Assembly (NCBI GenBank): GCA_024679065.1
Contig: JAGIQG010000040.1
Coordinates: forward strand, 8,866,001-8,930,000
Length of the DNA: 64,000 nt
Reading direction: 5' to 3'
From: Sphyrna mokarran
Taxonomy: Eukaryota
A model generated the notes under the pieces. That model was not told where the DNA came from. It saw only the letters and a list, made by a program, of their open reading frames with translations, and did no database searches. The position numbers and the translations under genes are program-made. Of the stretch, positions 10,741-23,711 are shown piece after piece; position 1 is the first letter of the stretch, and the number at the start of each line of letters is the position of its first letter.

Positions 10741-12022
10741 TTACAATTCACTGTATCTTTGTTAGGGACATTACACTAACTATCCTGAATCTCTTATATT
10801 TTATGTATTCATTTTCTGAAAAGAAAAGATTTTTGCCCAGTTTTCGGGATTTGAATCAGACAGGGAGAAATAGTTAAAAGCAAAGTTAGTTTTAAAATGA
10901 ACATCAGATTAATTTATTTTTTTTAATTTTTTTTGTTTTTGCAATTTGACCTTTGATCAATTAGAATGGAACAGTTTGGCAGAGTGAACAGAGTTTTCTG
11001 ATAGATGGAATTCGCTGACACTCAAGCAAAATTGCTGGCATGATTGTTTTTGAGTTGTAGTAAATTGTCAGCATAAATGGCTAGAGATTGATACATAAAT
11101 GCTTAAAATTCAAAAATATTAATTTATATAAAATATCATAAAAGTAACATATTAGTTCTGCACTTGATATCATGTCTCCCATTACTGCTGAACTCAGGAT
11201 AGAATTAGAGAAAGAATAAATGACAGAATAGAAGAATTGAGTCTATCTGAAGTTTATGTTAAATTCTTATTACATATAATTTTGAAGAAAAGCTCTGGGC
11301 TTATATTCTGTACCATGTTTTAGTATTACACAGGATTTGAGTCAATTATTTTATTTGTATTTGCACTGTTTAATTCAGATTTTCTTTAATTAACCAACGT
11401 GTTTAATATTTAAACTATATGCATGCTCTAAATTACTATATCTAGGAAGCAGTATTATTGATTTTAGAGTGCCAGACAGTTACAGTCTATACAAACACAG
11501 TAGTATGCATTTTTAACATCTTATAGGTTACAAGAAGACAGTGTAGAAAAAGTGAAATATTGCAATGTGAACAGATTTGAGTAAATGAATGACAGAGGTC
11601 TGAATGTTTCCATTCAATAATGTATAATTATTGTTTAACTTTGTTTAAGATTTAATTATAATCTAATTATTTAACAATGTTGGGGGCAGAAGCGCGTTTG
11701 AATGATTAAAGACTCATTTTATTACAGAGTTCAAATCAACTGGCAATTAACAGTAACTTAAAATATGATATTGGTGCTGATTAATTGAAAACAAAAGACC
11801 ATGGATATTGTACTGCCGTGCAAAATGCAATCCTCATAGAGGGTATTTAATTGTATCAAAATGAATTCAGAAACAAAACATTGCTTTATTCAGCTGTACT
11901 TAGTTCTTTGTCTTGTGATTTGTCTTGATGATTTTGTTAATTACATTTAATTAAGAAATTAGATTGAAAATCATTGCCTGATTCGATGTAAAAATTTATT
12001 GGTTTGTTTACTTCTTACAGTA

Positions 12023-12092
12023 TCACTGCATCTCTGTGCGGGACATTGAACTGTTACTGTGTCACTGTATCTCTGTGCGGGACATTGAACTG
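12023..12092 (+). repeat. Two-copy direct repeat, 39 bp period
   Basis: tcactg(c/t)atctctgtgcgggacattgaactgt occurs twice. Confidence 0.85.
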
Positions 12093-14419
12093 TCCTGAAT
12101 CTGTTGTTTTTGATTGCTCATTTTCAGCGAAATTACATTTTACATAGTTTTTGAGAAATGAGACAGATACATAATTAAAAATGGGAAAGAGTTCTGAAAT
12201 GAAGACCAGTTTAATTTAAAGTAGGTCATTGATGTTCTGTTGTTGTAATTTGACCATTATCAATTGGAATCCAACAGTTTGAATGAAATTAACAGATGGA
12301 ACAGCTCAACCTGCTGGGAACTCGGCTGATGCACCCTTTGTGTCTATTCTGTTCCTGTGCGCGTGCTCACTGTGTTGGAATCAGGAATTTGTCTGGCTGG
12401 TTGTAACTTTTCTGGTTCCTTCTCCTGCATTTCAGGGAGTGAGATATATTTATTCAATACACCTGTATCTGTGCGAAATATGATAGTTTCACTTGATGTT
12501 TGACTCGGCGTCTCAGAAATGGGATCCCTAAAGCGTATTGTGACCATCAGAGAGAGCAAAACATCAGGCTGTAGAGGAAGAATTGGGTCATCTTTAAGCA
12601 GTGATGTACCAGCCTTGTGAATGTTCGATGAGCAAATGCAAGGTGAGATGTATTATATCGTCCTCCGTACTGCAGCAGTCCCTGATCTGTTTAGTCACAT
12701 TCATCTTATTTTTAATCTTTAGAAGAGATTTTAGCGTCATTTGCTCAGCTAGAATTTGTATTATTCCCTAATTGTTCCTTCGCAAAGTGTTGATATGAAA
12801 CACCCTTGAATGACTGCAGTCCAAATGCTGCAGGCATCCACCTTGTTGTTAGGAGGAAGTTCCAGGATTTTGACCCAGCGACTATGAATGAACTTAGATA
12901 TTGTTTCAAGTCAGGATGGTGTGTGCTTTGGAGAGAGCTTGCACGTGATAGCGTTCATATGTGGTTGCTGCCTTTGCTCTGTTGGGATGTAAAGGGAGCG
13001 GGTTTGGGCAGTATTTCTATGGAGTCTTGGTGAATTGCTGCAGTGCATGTTGCATATAATACACATTGCTGGTACTGCTGGCGAGTGATGGAAGGAGTGA
13101 ATCGGTGAATGAGGAGGCAGGTAATCTTGTGGATGGCTTTGCCCTGGATTGTGTCAAATTTCGTGAGATTTTACGGGTTTCACTCATTGAGGAAAAAGGA
13201 AATCATTCAATTTTGACTGACTTGTGAAAGATTTAATTGTTTTTCCAACCCTTGGCCCGCAGTCCGTATTGTGCTCACTTGTCACTCCCACTTACTGTGT
13301 GAGTGAATATTTGTGGAGTGAGTGTTCTTTACTGGACTGAATCAGCCAGATAGAAAATTATATAAATCATGCACTTTCACACACATAAATACACAGATAC
13401 ATGCACTCATATTCTCTCACACATGCACACATATGTACGCATACTTACTTTCTTTTTCATTCCATATCTCTCACAACATTCTCCTTCTTTCACAGTCTGT
13501 ATACACTCTCTCAAATACAGATACATACATACTCTCGCTCTCTTAGTCAGTCTTTCAGACCTCCGTATACAAAACACTCACATGCACACACCCCCAAACA
13601 CGTTCTCTCTTACACGCAGACACACGCACACACACACACACATGGTCGCACAGTCTCTTCATAGAATAGAATCATAGGATCCTACAATGCAGACGGAGAC
13701 CATTCAGCCCATCGAGCCTGCATTGACAGCAATCTCACCAAAGCCGATTCTCCATAACCATTCGGAGGGACTTTAACTAGTCCCTCCGAAACTAAGGGGC
13801 AATTTAGCACGGCCAATCCACTGAACCTGAACATTTTTGGACTCTGGAAGGAACCAGGAGCATTTGAATGAGAGTGGAATCGAGGAACCTGAGTAAAACT
13901 TAAGTAAATAAGTTCCGGTGGGAAAATCTTCTCTCATTGGAGGCATATATAGCACAAAGCAAGATGGTAATGGTTGTTGGAGGTCAAACATCTAAGTTGA
14001 GATATCACTGCAGGAGTTCGGCAAGGGACTGTTCTGGAACCAACAATCTTTTACTCTTCATCAATGACACATTTCATCCAACATGAGGTCAGAAGTAGGA
14101 ATTTCCATGCGTTGTGCTGGACAGAAAGACACAATAAATAAGAAGAGATCTGGCTGGGACTAAATCCGCCTGGCTCCCCAATAATGGTGTAAACTTAGTG
14201 TTTGATTCCTGTGTGACACTAGTTTTGCTGTACGTTTCCCTTCCAGCTCCCTCAGTCTGTCTATTTGTTCACTGATCCGTGTTTCTTAAAGAAAGGCACC
14301 GACATTAAAGCAGCTGCCCGGTGATCTACACTGATTCCTGACTTTACACAGCCCTGTTACTGAAAGCTGATCAATGTAGAGAATCGGGAAAAGATCGATG
14401 GAGAGGAAGAGGAGGAGGT

Positions 14420-16060
14420 GGCTCACTGACTTTTTCACCCTCACCCACAGTTACTCACTCATCCTCAATCTCTCGTCCTCACTCAAAGAACTTTCCTCAT
14501 TTACGCTCACTTGTACACGACAACTTCCCTCACTCATCCTCACACACTCAGTCATTGACAATCACTCGCTCATATAGAACATAGAACATAGAACACTACA
14601 GCACAGAACAGGCCCTTCGGCCTTCGATGTTGCGCCGACCAATATAAAAAGCAATGACCCTCCAAACTAAACCATTCCCTTCTCTTCCATACACTTATCA
14701 ACTAACCTCTTAAACGCCACCAAACTTGGCGCATCCACAACTGCTGCAGGCAGGGCATTCCACTCCCGAACCACCCTTTGGTTCATTCGCTCACTCACTC
14801 TCATCCATCCTCACTCACTCACACACCCTCATTCAACTTCACTCATTCAACATCAATCACACACCCTGATTCACTCATCCTCCCACCCTCACTTACTCAC
14901 ACATTTGCTCACTCACCTCCATTCACTCACTCTCATACAGTCAGTCACTCACACACATTCACTCATTCACATTCACTCACCCTCACACTCTCTCACTCAC
15001 TCGCCCTCATTCAATCACTGTCACTCAGCCACCCACGCTCACACACCATCACTCATTCAACCTCACTCACTAAATCTCATTCACTGACTTACAGCCTCAG
15101 TCAGTCACCAACATTCTCACACACCTTCATTCACTCATCACACTAACCCACCCTCACTCACCCAGTCTCACTCACTCACTCTCATTCTTCCTCACTCACT
15201 CACCCCATTCACTCACCCTTATTCACTCACCCCACTGACCCACCCTCAATCATCCAGACTCACTCACTCTCACTCACCTCACTCACTCACCCTATTCACT
15301 CAATCTCACTCAATTAACCACCCTCCCTAATCCAGTCTCAATCACTCTCACTCTCTGATCGCACTTCCCCCTCACTCATCCAGTTTCACTAACTCACACT
15401 CACTCACCTACCCACACTCACTTAGCCAGACACATCCCCACAAATTGTGACTCTCAATGACTCTCTCTTTCCATCACATACATCTCATGACACATACAAA
15501 CTCACTCAGACTCACGCACTTACATTCACTCACACACCCTCACATACTCACCATCACTCGGCATCACGCACCTTAACTCACAGATCCTCAATCACTCATC
15601 CTCATTTAAACCCCTTCACTCACTCACTCTCACCCAACCACTCATCCGCATTCATTCTCCCTCACACACTGTCACACACCACCTTCAATACACTCCCTGA
15701 CTCAGTCACTCTCTCACCCTCATTCACTCACTCGCACTCTCCTATCTGCACTAACCTTCACGGATCCTCACTCACTCACACTGTTTGTTTCATTCTCGCT
15801 CACCGACTCTCACTCACCCACCTTCACTCACACATTCAGCCACCTTCACTTACCCATCCTCTCTCACACACCCTCATTTACTCACGCTCTCTCACTATCA
15901 CCCACACTTACTCACCCACAGTCACTCATCCTCGCTCAATGAACTTCACTCACTCACGTCATTTATCCATCTTCCATCACTCACACACTATCACTCATCC
16001 ACTCTCACTCATTCAATCGCTCATCTTCATGCACTCACATTCGCTCACTCACACTCACTG
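14420..16060. repeat. (TCAC/CTCA)n low-complexity tract
   Basis: Almost G-free + strand, giving spurious His/Ser/Thr ORFs; mirrored at ~60430-62450. Confidence 0.9.
14575..14777 (-). mobile_element. Young CR1 3' fragment, left arm only
   Basis: (atagaac)n tail plus the young-family 3' end; empty site at ~62300. Confidence 0.92.
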
Positions 16061-16134
16061 AATCTGTGTGGGGAGGTCTACAACGAAAGAGAAGAAAGGT
16101 CCCAAGTGGCATTTTGGTGTTTAAATTTGGGAGC

Positions 16135-16610
16135 TGCCCTGGGAGTGCAGAGAGCTGGAGGGAATCGGTGGAGGCTTGGGGTCAGGAAAATGGCAAAGAG
16201 TCAGGGGAGAACAGGAGGCGTGGGAAAGGGAAGAGAGCAGTGGGTGGACGGGGGGAGGATAGAGAGCCAGGGGAAACAGCAGGAATCCGGGGGAAGTGCA
16301 GAGAAAAGGGCACACAGCCGGGGAACAGGATGGAAAACTGTGGAAAAGGGCAGAGAGGGAGGAGAAAGGGCAAGAAGCAAACGGAAAGGGCAGAGAGACC
16401 ACTGAAAGTGGAGAGAACCAGGAGAAAGGGGAAGGAGGCATGAGAAAGGTCAGGGAGGGAGGAGAAAGGCCAGAGAGCCGAGGGACAGGAAAGAGAGCCC
16501 AGGGGAAAGGACTGGAGAGCCAGGGGGAAAGGGCTGGAGAGCCAGTGGGAAGGGCAAAGAGTCGGTCAAAATGGGCAGAGAGCGAGTGATGGATGGGCGG
16601 AGTGAAGGAG
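16135..16610 (+). repeat. Purine/G-rich low-complexity tract
   Basis: GA-rich sense strand; mirrored at ~59905-60365. Confidence 0.8.
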
Positions 16611-17033
16611 GTTTAAAATAGAGTAGGCACCACAATCAGCTCCTCTGTAATCTCAGTGAATGGTGGAGGGGACTTCAGGTCCCGAATGGCTAACTCCTGT
16701 TGTTAATGTGTGATCCTTCAATTAGTCAATATTGCATTTATTTGAATCTTTAATCACATTTAGAGTTTCCTGATCATTCAGTACGTATTCATCCCGGAGT
16801 TATTTTGGAAGCAAAGTCAATAATGTTCGTTTTGTGGACTGAGATGCATTGAATTGGAGGGAGGAAGGAGCATCAATCAGTTTGAACACAGGCAATTTCC
16901 AAAACTAGTGTGGAGATGCCGGTGTTAAGTTGGTGTGAACACTGTAAGGAGTCTAGTAACACGAGGTTAAAGTCCAACAGATTTATTTGGAATCACAAGT
17001 TTTCGGAGCTCTCTCATCAGGTGAGTGGATGAT

Positions 17034-17276
17034 AGAACATAGAACATAGAACATTACAGCACAGAACAGGCCCTTCGGCCTTCGATGTTGTGCCGACCAA
17101 AATAAAAAGCAATGCCCCTCCAAACTAAACCATTCCCTTCTCTTCCATATACTTTTCAATTAACCTCTTAAACGCCACCAAACTTGGCGCATCTACAACA
17201 GCTGCAGGCAGGGCATTCCACTCCCTAATCACTCTTTGAGTAAAGAACCTACCTCTGATATCCGTCCTATAACTCA
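17034..17276 (-). mobile_element. Young CR1 3' fragment, left arm only
   Basis: (atagaac)n tail; empty site at ~59490. Confidence 0.92.
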
Positions 17277-17796
17277 AAGACAACTTCTTCATCACAAAGT
17301 GTTGTGGTTTGGAAAATGAATAGTTGCTTCAATAATGCAGAACACCTTTGCTCTCATTTGTTAATCCACTGAGTGACGTGTCATTTTGAGACTATCAGAA
17401 TGCCTTTTTTTTCTTCCGAATTTGATAGAGGTGGAGACAGGGATATAAGTTTCTACAGAGATGACGATTCTCAAATGATAGAAGTAACATTATCTCAAAG
17501 ATGGATGGAGGATTTAATCGGGAAATATTCGGAAAAAATCATAATTCTAATTCATGTTCGAGATAGAAGCATAGAAAATAGAAACTGGAGAAGGCCATTC
17601 GGCCCTTTGAGCCTACTCCGCCATTCACTTCGGTCAGAGCTCATCAATATTCTGATCATATCTACTACCCATATCCCTTCATCCCTTTAACACCAAGAGC
17701 TATATCTAATACAGAAACCTATTTGTTACAACATGTTTGTTGACTAAATAAACACAAATAAGAGTCTAACTTATTCAATTGGTTATCGTTTCCCAG

Positions 17797-18094
17797 TGAC
17801 ACCGTCTCCACTCACTCTCTACAGCCTGCTCTCCTCCGGTCAACAACAAAATTCTGACGACTCCATCACCTACGGATGTTTGGCGATGGATTACTCTCCA
17901 GATGTCTCTAAACTGACCTGGAAGAAAGATGGGCAGCAGATCACCAGTGGGTTTGAGACGTACCCATCAGTGAGAAACACGAAGGGAACCTACACCCTGA
18001 GCAGCCAGTTAACCATCAGCGACTCATCGGGAGCATGTCCCAAAATTGACTGAGGTTCAACATAGTAACTCGGTCAAGAGCGTTGAAATGCCAT
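17797..18094 (+). pseudogene. IGHM: Cmu1 exon, left copy; 2-nt deletion removes the second domain Cys and creates TGA at 18051-18053
   Basis: TPSPLTLYSLLSSG...TYGCLAMDYSP...LTWKK...YTLSSQL...KID*. 298 nt versus 300 nt in the right copy (gac tgt gag). Confidence 0.93.
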
Positions 18095-18302
18095 GTAAGT
18101 GTTGTGCAGCTTGTGTAAAAGAGAAACTCTGAGATTAACATATAGGGTTTGGTTAGAACTCATTTAATTGATGTGCATTATCTGGCCCTCTGGATTGGTA
18201 CAATTAGTGTCTATTGAATACAAATGAGTTACTAATGAAGACAATAGTTTTACTGATCTACCTCTTCTACAGGAAATGACAAATATGATTTTTCCCCTGA
18301 AG

Positions 18303-18614
18303 GTCAGCCTGATATCCATCCAACTGTTATCCTCACCGTGAGTTCCAGTGGAGAAATTTCAAGCCGCAAATTAGTAACCATCGCCTGTTCAATCATCGAT
18401 TTCCAGCCAAAGCCAATGACAGTGAAATGGCTGAAGAATGGACAACTCATGGATTCAGGAATTGTCACCTCTCCCGCCTGTGAAATGAACGGGAATTTCT
18501 CGGCCAGCAGTCGGCTGACAGTCTCCACTCGGGATTGGTTCAGCAAAGCGGTTTATACCTGCCAGGTCACTCATCAAGGATTCACCCAGAGTCAGAACAT
18601 CAGCGCATCTCAGT
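18303..18614 (+). CDS. IGHM: Cmu2 exon, left copy (intact)
   Basis: Acceptor cccctgaag; [22 protein letters not shown]...YTCQVTH; donor gtaaga at 18615. Confidence 0.93.
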
Positions 18615-19529
18615 GTAAGAGACTCAAACAGAGGACGAAATATATCATTCCAAAGTTAATCGGAATTAGGGATCTATTTTATATTTTTTACAAAACTTAG
18701 AACAACTTCTAAGTTATTGACATGTAGTTTGCTGCATTAGGACAATCCCTCGTTCAGCATTTCACCAGAAACGCAATTTCTTGTTATTCCTTCATGAGAT
18801 GTGCATTTACTTTCCAAACCTGAGGGCGCTTAAGTGTCAACCACTTTGCTGTGAATCTGTACTCACATGCATGCCAGGCCAGGTGAAAACAGGAGGTTTA
18901 TTTTGCGAAGGAGCATTGTGAACTAGGAGGGGTTTGACAGCAATAGTTTCATGATAATCATTTCCACTTTTAATTACAGATTTTTTATAAAAATCAAATT
19001 TCATATTCGCAATGATGAGATTCCAATCTGTGCCCCCAGATTCTTGCCCAAGGTGACAAGTTCACTGACAACAGCATATGCCACTGCCTCCCCTTGAAAG
19101 AGAGCTCCTTTCCAGTTTGAAGTAATATAGTGAGCGAGGTGGCCTTGATGTCAGCTTTTTGCACAGACAGCTAGTAAAATTTGGAGAGACAGTCGGTATC
19201 GGACTGTTTCATAGGTCGCAGCATAGGAGTAAAATATTGGAAAGTGCATCCATCCTATTTATAAGCCAACGGTCAGTGCTTTTTCCCTGAGTTCAAGATT
19301 GTGTATTTGTTTGGGAATTCTGCAATGCTGATTCATGGAAATGGTACCGCTGCTACAGTACTTAATACAGGGAATAATTTCATAGAGTAAGTTGGTTATC
19401 TATTCGCCATGGAAGGTGAAAGATGATAGTTAGAGACTGATATATTGAAAGCGACTTCGTCTTCTTCAGGCTGAAGACTGTTGTCCTGCAGAAGGGGAAC
19501 TCGAGTTCATTTTCATTTTTCATTCACAG

Positions 19530-19838
19530 ATCCTTCCCAGTGTCATGGTACCACAGTGACGATACAGCCACCACCAACAGAACAGGTCTTGCTGGAGGCG
19601 ACCGTGACTTTAACCTGCATCATTTCTAATTCTCCTTATGGAGTTAATGTGTCCTGGATCCAAGACAGGAAGTATGTGAAATCAGAGAATGCCGAAATTC
19701 CAGGAGCGGATCCTGACAGCGTAATCAGCAAATTAAACACTTCGACACAAGACTGGCTGAGCACGGTTGTGTTTGAGTGCGTGGTGAGCCATCGGGATCT
19801 GCCGACTCCTTTAAGAACATCTATCCACAAGGAAACAG
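19530..19838 (+). CDS. IGHM: Cmu3 exon, left copy (intact)
   Basis: Acceptor ttcacag; EATVTLTC...VSW...[14 protein letters not shown]; donor gtgagc. Confidence 0.94.
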
Positions 19839-19864
19839 GTGAGCTGAGAGATTGAAACAATAAA

Positions 19865-20590
19865 TGTAGGGTCAACGGCAGCGTTCTGAGGAATGTGGAG
19901 GAACAGAGAGGTCTTGGGTTTCACATCCACAGATTCTGAATTTTGCCACTCAAATGAATAGAGCCGTGAAGAAGGCTTATAGTGTGTTAGTGTTTATTAA
20001 CAGGGAGTTTGAGTTTAACAGCTGTGGGGTTATGCTGCAACTATATCGGAACCACAATTGGAATATTGTGCGCAGTTCTGGTCACCTCACTACAAGAAGG
20101 ACGTGGAAGCATTAGAGAGCGTACAGAGGAGATTTCCCAGGATGCTGTCTGGTTTGGAGGGTATGTCTTATGAGGTAACGTTGAGGGACCTGGGGCATTT
20201 CTCTTTAGAGTGGAGGAGGATGAGAACGGGCTTAATAGAGGTTTATAAGATGATGAGAGGGATTGATAGAGTGGACGTGCAGAGACTGTTTCCTTGGGTG
20301 GATGTAGCTGATACAAGAGGCCATAACTATAAGGTTCATGGTGGAAGATACAGGAGGGATGTCCGAGGTAGATTCTTCACTCAGAATGTGGTTGGGATGT
20401 GGAATAGACTGCCTGCTGTGATAGTGGAGTCGGATATTTCGGGAAATTTCAAGCGGTTATTGGATGGGCTCTTGGAGCACAATAGAATGCTAGGGATTGG
20501 GATAGCTTGATCTTGGAATTGGACATAGCTCTGTACAGCATTGAGGGCCGAAGGGCCTGTATTCTGCTGGACTGTTCTATGTTTCTATGT
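19865..20590 (+). mobile_element. Older CR1 3' fragment shared by both arms
   Basis: ORF 20058-20510 is CR1 ORF2-like; counterpart at ~56185-56905. Confidence 0.9.
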
Positions 20591-20959
20591 AATTGCATCA
20601 CCGTGTCTATCTCTAGTGGAGTGTACTAGTCAATATTTAGTATTCAGTGCATTAATGGTCTGCCCTGAACTAAAAGATTCTGGGCCGATCGATATTATAC
20701 GTGGAAGATTGATGTGTTGATGAATGAAAAAGTGAACTGAAGGCGATGTTATTGGGTTTAGATCAAAGAAGAAGCGAGGAGCCTGATGTGGAGCATAAAA
20801 AAAAAACAGAAAACCAAAAAGAAAAGTAGATCATTTGGACCGAATGACCTGATTCTGTGCTGTAAACTTTCTGAAACTTTCCAGTCCGCCCCTCCGAGTT
20901 GTTTGAGAAAATAATTGTGTCCACCTCTGCTCCAAGCTGGAAGTCAAAAATGGAAACGC

Positions 20960-22385
20960 TTAAAATGGAAACGCTGTTTAAAAAAGGTAGCCGACAAAAG
21001 GCAGAGAATTATAAGCCCGTTAATTTAACGTCTGTAGTCGGAAAAATGCTTGAATCCGTCATCAAAGAAGAAATAGAGAGACACCTAGAAAAGAACGTTT
21101 GAACAAGCAGACGCAGCAAGGTGTTTAAAGAATTTATTGGATTTTCTATGAGGATGTGACTAGTGCGGTAGATAGAAGGGAATCGGTGGATGTGGTGTTT
21201 TTAGATTTCCAGAAGGCCTTTGATAAGTTGCCTCACAAAAGGTTGCTGAAAAAAGTTGGGGTGCAAGGAGTTGGGGTAAGGTATTAGCGTGAATAGTGGA
21301 TTGGTTGTCTAATAGGAAGCAGAGAGTAAGACTCAATGGCTACAATTCTGGTTGGCAGCTGGTGACTAGTGGAGTGCCCCAGGGATTGGTGCTGGGGCCT
21401 CAACAGTTTACCATATACGTAGATGATCTGGAGGAAGGCTCTGAGTGAAGGTCACGAAATTTGATGATGACACGAAGATGAGTGGACAAGTAAATTGTGT
21501 GGAGAGTGTGGAAAGTCTGCAGAGAGATCTGGATGGATTGAGTGAGTGGGCGAGCATCTGGCAGATGGAGTATAATGTTAACAAGTGTGAGGTTATCCAC
21601 TTTGGTAGAAATAATAGTAGGAGGGATCATTACTTAAATGGTGAAAAGCTGCAGCATGCTCCGGTGCAGAGGGACTTGGGGATCCTTGTGCATGAATCGC
21701 AAAAACCCAGTCTGCAGGTGCAGCAGGTGATCAAGAAGGCGAATGGAATGTTGGCCTTTATAGGTAGGGGGATAGAATGCAAAAACAGGGAGGTCTTGTT
21801 GCAACTGTACAGGGCATTGGTGAGGCCGCAGATAGAGTATTGTGTGCAGTTTTGGTCGCCACATTTGAGGAAGGATATATTGGCCTCGAAGGGAGTGCAG
21901 AGAAGGTTCAGTAGGCTGATACCAGAGATGAGGCGTTTAGCCTATGAGGAGCGATTGAGTAGACTAAGTTTGTACTCGTTGGGGTTTAGAAGGTTGAGTC
22001 GGGATCTTATAGAGACATATAAGATAATGGAAGAGATGGATAAGGTAGATTTAGAGAAATTCTTCCCGCTTAGAAACGATAGCAGAACTAGAGGGCACAG
22101 CCTCAAAATAAGGGGAGAGGGCGATTTAGATTGGAGTTGAGGAGGAACATCTTCACTCAAAAGATGGTCAATCTTTGGAATCCTCTGCCCGTTGAAATGG
22201 TGGAGGCTACCTCGCTGAATATATTTAAGTCACGGGTAGATACGTTTCTGACAGACAGGGGAATTAAGGGGAGAAAGCGGGAAAGTGGAACTGATCCACT
22301 TCAGATCAGTCATGATCTTATTGAATGGCAGGGCAGGCTCGAGGGTCGAGATGACCTACTCCTGCTCCTATTTCTTATGTTCTAA
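20960..22385 (+). mobile_element. Older CR1 RT fragment shared by both arms
   Basis: NYKPVNLTSVVGK and KFDDDTK (FADD-like) motifs; internally deleted counterpart at ~55036-55805. Confidence 0.9.
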
Positions 22386-22482
22386 AATTGAAATTGCAGC
22401 ATGTTTTCCTGATATCTAACTTGCGGTTTCATTGTCTCCAGAATTCTCCAGTTTATTGACATTTATTGTACATTTTCTGCAG

Positions 22483-22874
22483 ATCCAAATCCACGGGAAC
22501 CGTTCGTCTCTGTCCTCCTGCCCTCCGCAGAAGCTATCTCCGCTCAGAGTTTCGTCTCCCTCAGCTGCTTAGTAAGAGGTTTCTCCCCCCGAGAGATTTT
22601 CGTCAAGTGGACCGTCAACGACAAGCCGGTGAATCCTGGGAACTACAGGAACACCGAGGTGATTGCAGAGAATGGCAATAACTCCTTCTTCATGTACAGC
22701 CTGTTATCCATTGCAGCAGTGGAATGGTCCAGTGGCGCTTCTTACTCCTGTGTGGTGGGACATGAAGCCATCCCCTTGAAGATCATCAACAGAACAGTTG
22801 ACAAATCCAGCGGTAAACACAGTTTTGTGAATATTTCCCTTGCACTGATGGACACTGTTAATTCATGTCAATGA
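22483..22874 (+). CDS. IGHM: Cmu4 exon plus secretory tailpiece, left copy (intact)
   Basis: [19 protein letters not shown]...[11 protein letters not shown]...[27 protein letters not shown] sequon and penultimate Cys present; internal membrane-form donor G|gtaaac after 22812. Confidence 0.96.
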
Positions 22875-22901
22875 GAATCACTCGCTTACATTAAAGACTT
22901 C

Positions 22902-22907
22902 AATAAA
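22902..22907 (+). terminator. Polyadenylation signal of secretory mu mRNA
   Basis: aataaa 28 nt after the stop codon; conserved in the right copy (~54510-54516). Confidence 0.75.
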
Positions 22908-23711
22908 AAAAAACGTTTCCTCTAATTATAAATGAAATACCAAATTGTTTAATTGATTGCTTTTCATTTTTACATCCATTATAAATTTTTAGTTTGAGTC
23001 AGATATTTTCAGGTCTTGGACCCAAATCTTGCTGAACCTGTGCGCCCTGCTCAGATACACCCAGATACAAAACAAATTAAACACATCATTACAGGATTCA
23101 GGAAAATATCTTCACAGTCTTTCATCCCACTGAGGAGAGATATGACAATTTCAACAATTCTGACAAACATACCATTTAGATCTCGGTGTTCCTGTTTCTC
23201 TCATTGTCCATCACTTTCTCCATTGATGACAGCTTTCAGCTGCTGCAGCACACCCACTGGGAACTGAAGTGAGTGTCACACAGAAACATGGAGCAACAAT
23301 CCCCCCATCAGAGAGAGGGAGAGTGAAATTGTCAACATACCGGATTCCTACTCAGCCAACAAGGAGAGGGGAGGCGCGACAGCTAACCCATGTACCACCA
23401 CTTCCTCAATGAAACGAGGAAGAATGTCAGTATTTAATCCACTCCACCTTCACCTCCTGGGTGGTTAGAACCATCAGAGACATTGCATTTCCGGATAGAC
23501 ACAAGTAAACTCTGAGCTCACTCTCCTCCCTCTCCCCAAATAGCGTGTTTGGAAGGGAACGACTCTCTACTATAAGGACCCAGTTCCCAACAGTACAAGT
23601 TAATTTCCGGTTTACTTGCTACAGATTTTGAAGTATCATTTCCATTATCAAAGTATCCTTGAAGTATATAAGACACACACACACACACACATACGCACAC
23701 ACATATAATAT

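Noticed and set aside
13322-16635. Long His/Ser/Thr-rich and Gly/Arg/Glu-rich ORFs, mirrored at 59904-63999
   Set aside because: These are translations of low-complexity tracts; frames are not conserved between the arms and there is no exon structure.
18273-18302. Upstream in-frame acceptor extending Cmu2 by 10 codons
   Set aside because: The AG is not present in the right copy, whereas the acceptor at 18301-18302 is conserved.
23240-23412. Possible extra exon between Cmu4 and TM1
   Set aside because: No Ig-domain motifs, and the frame is not conserved in the right arm.
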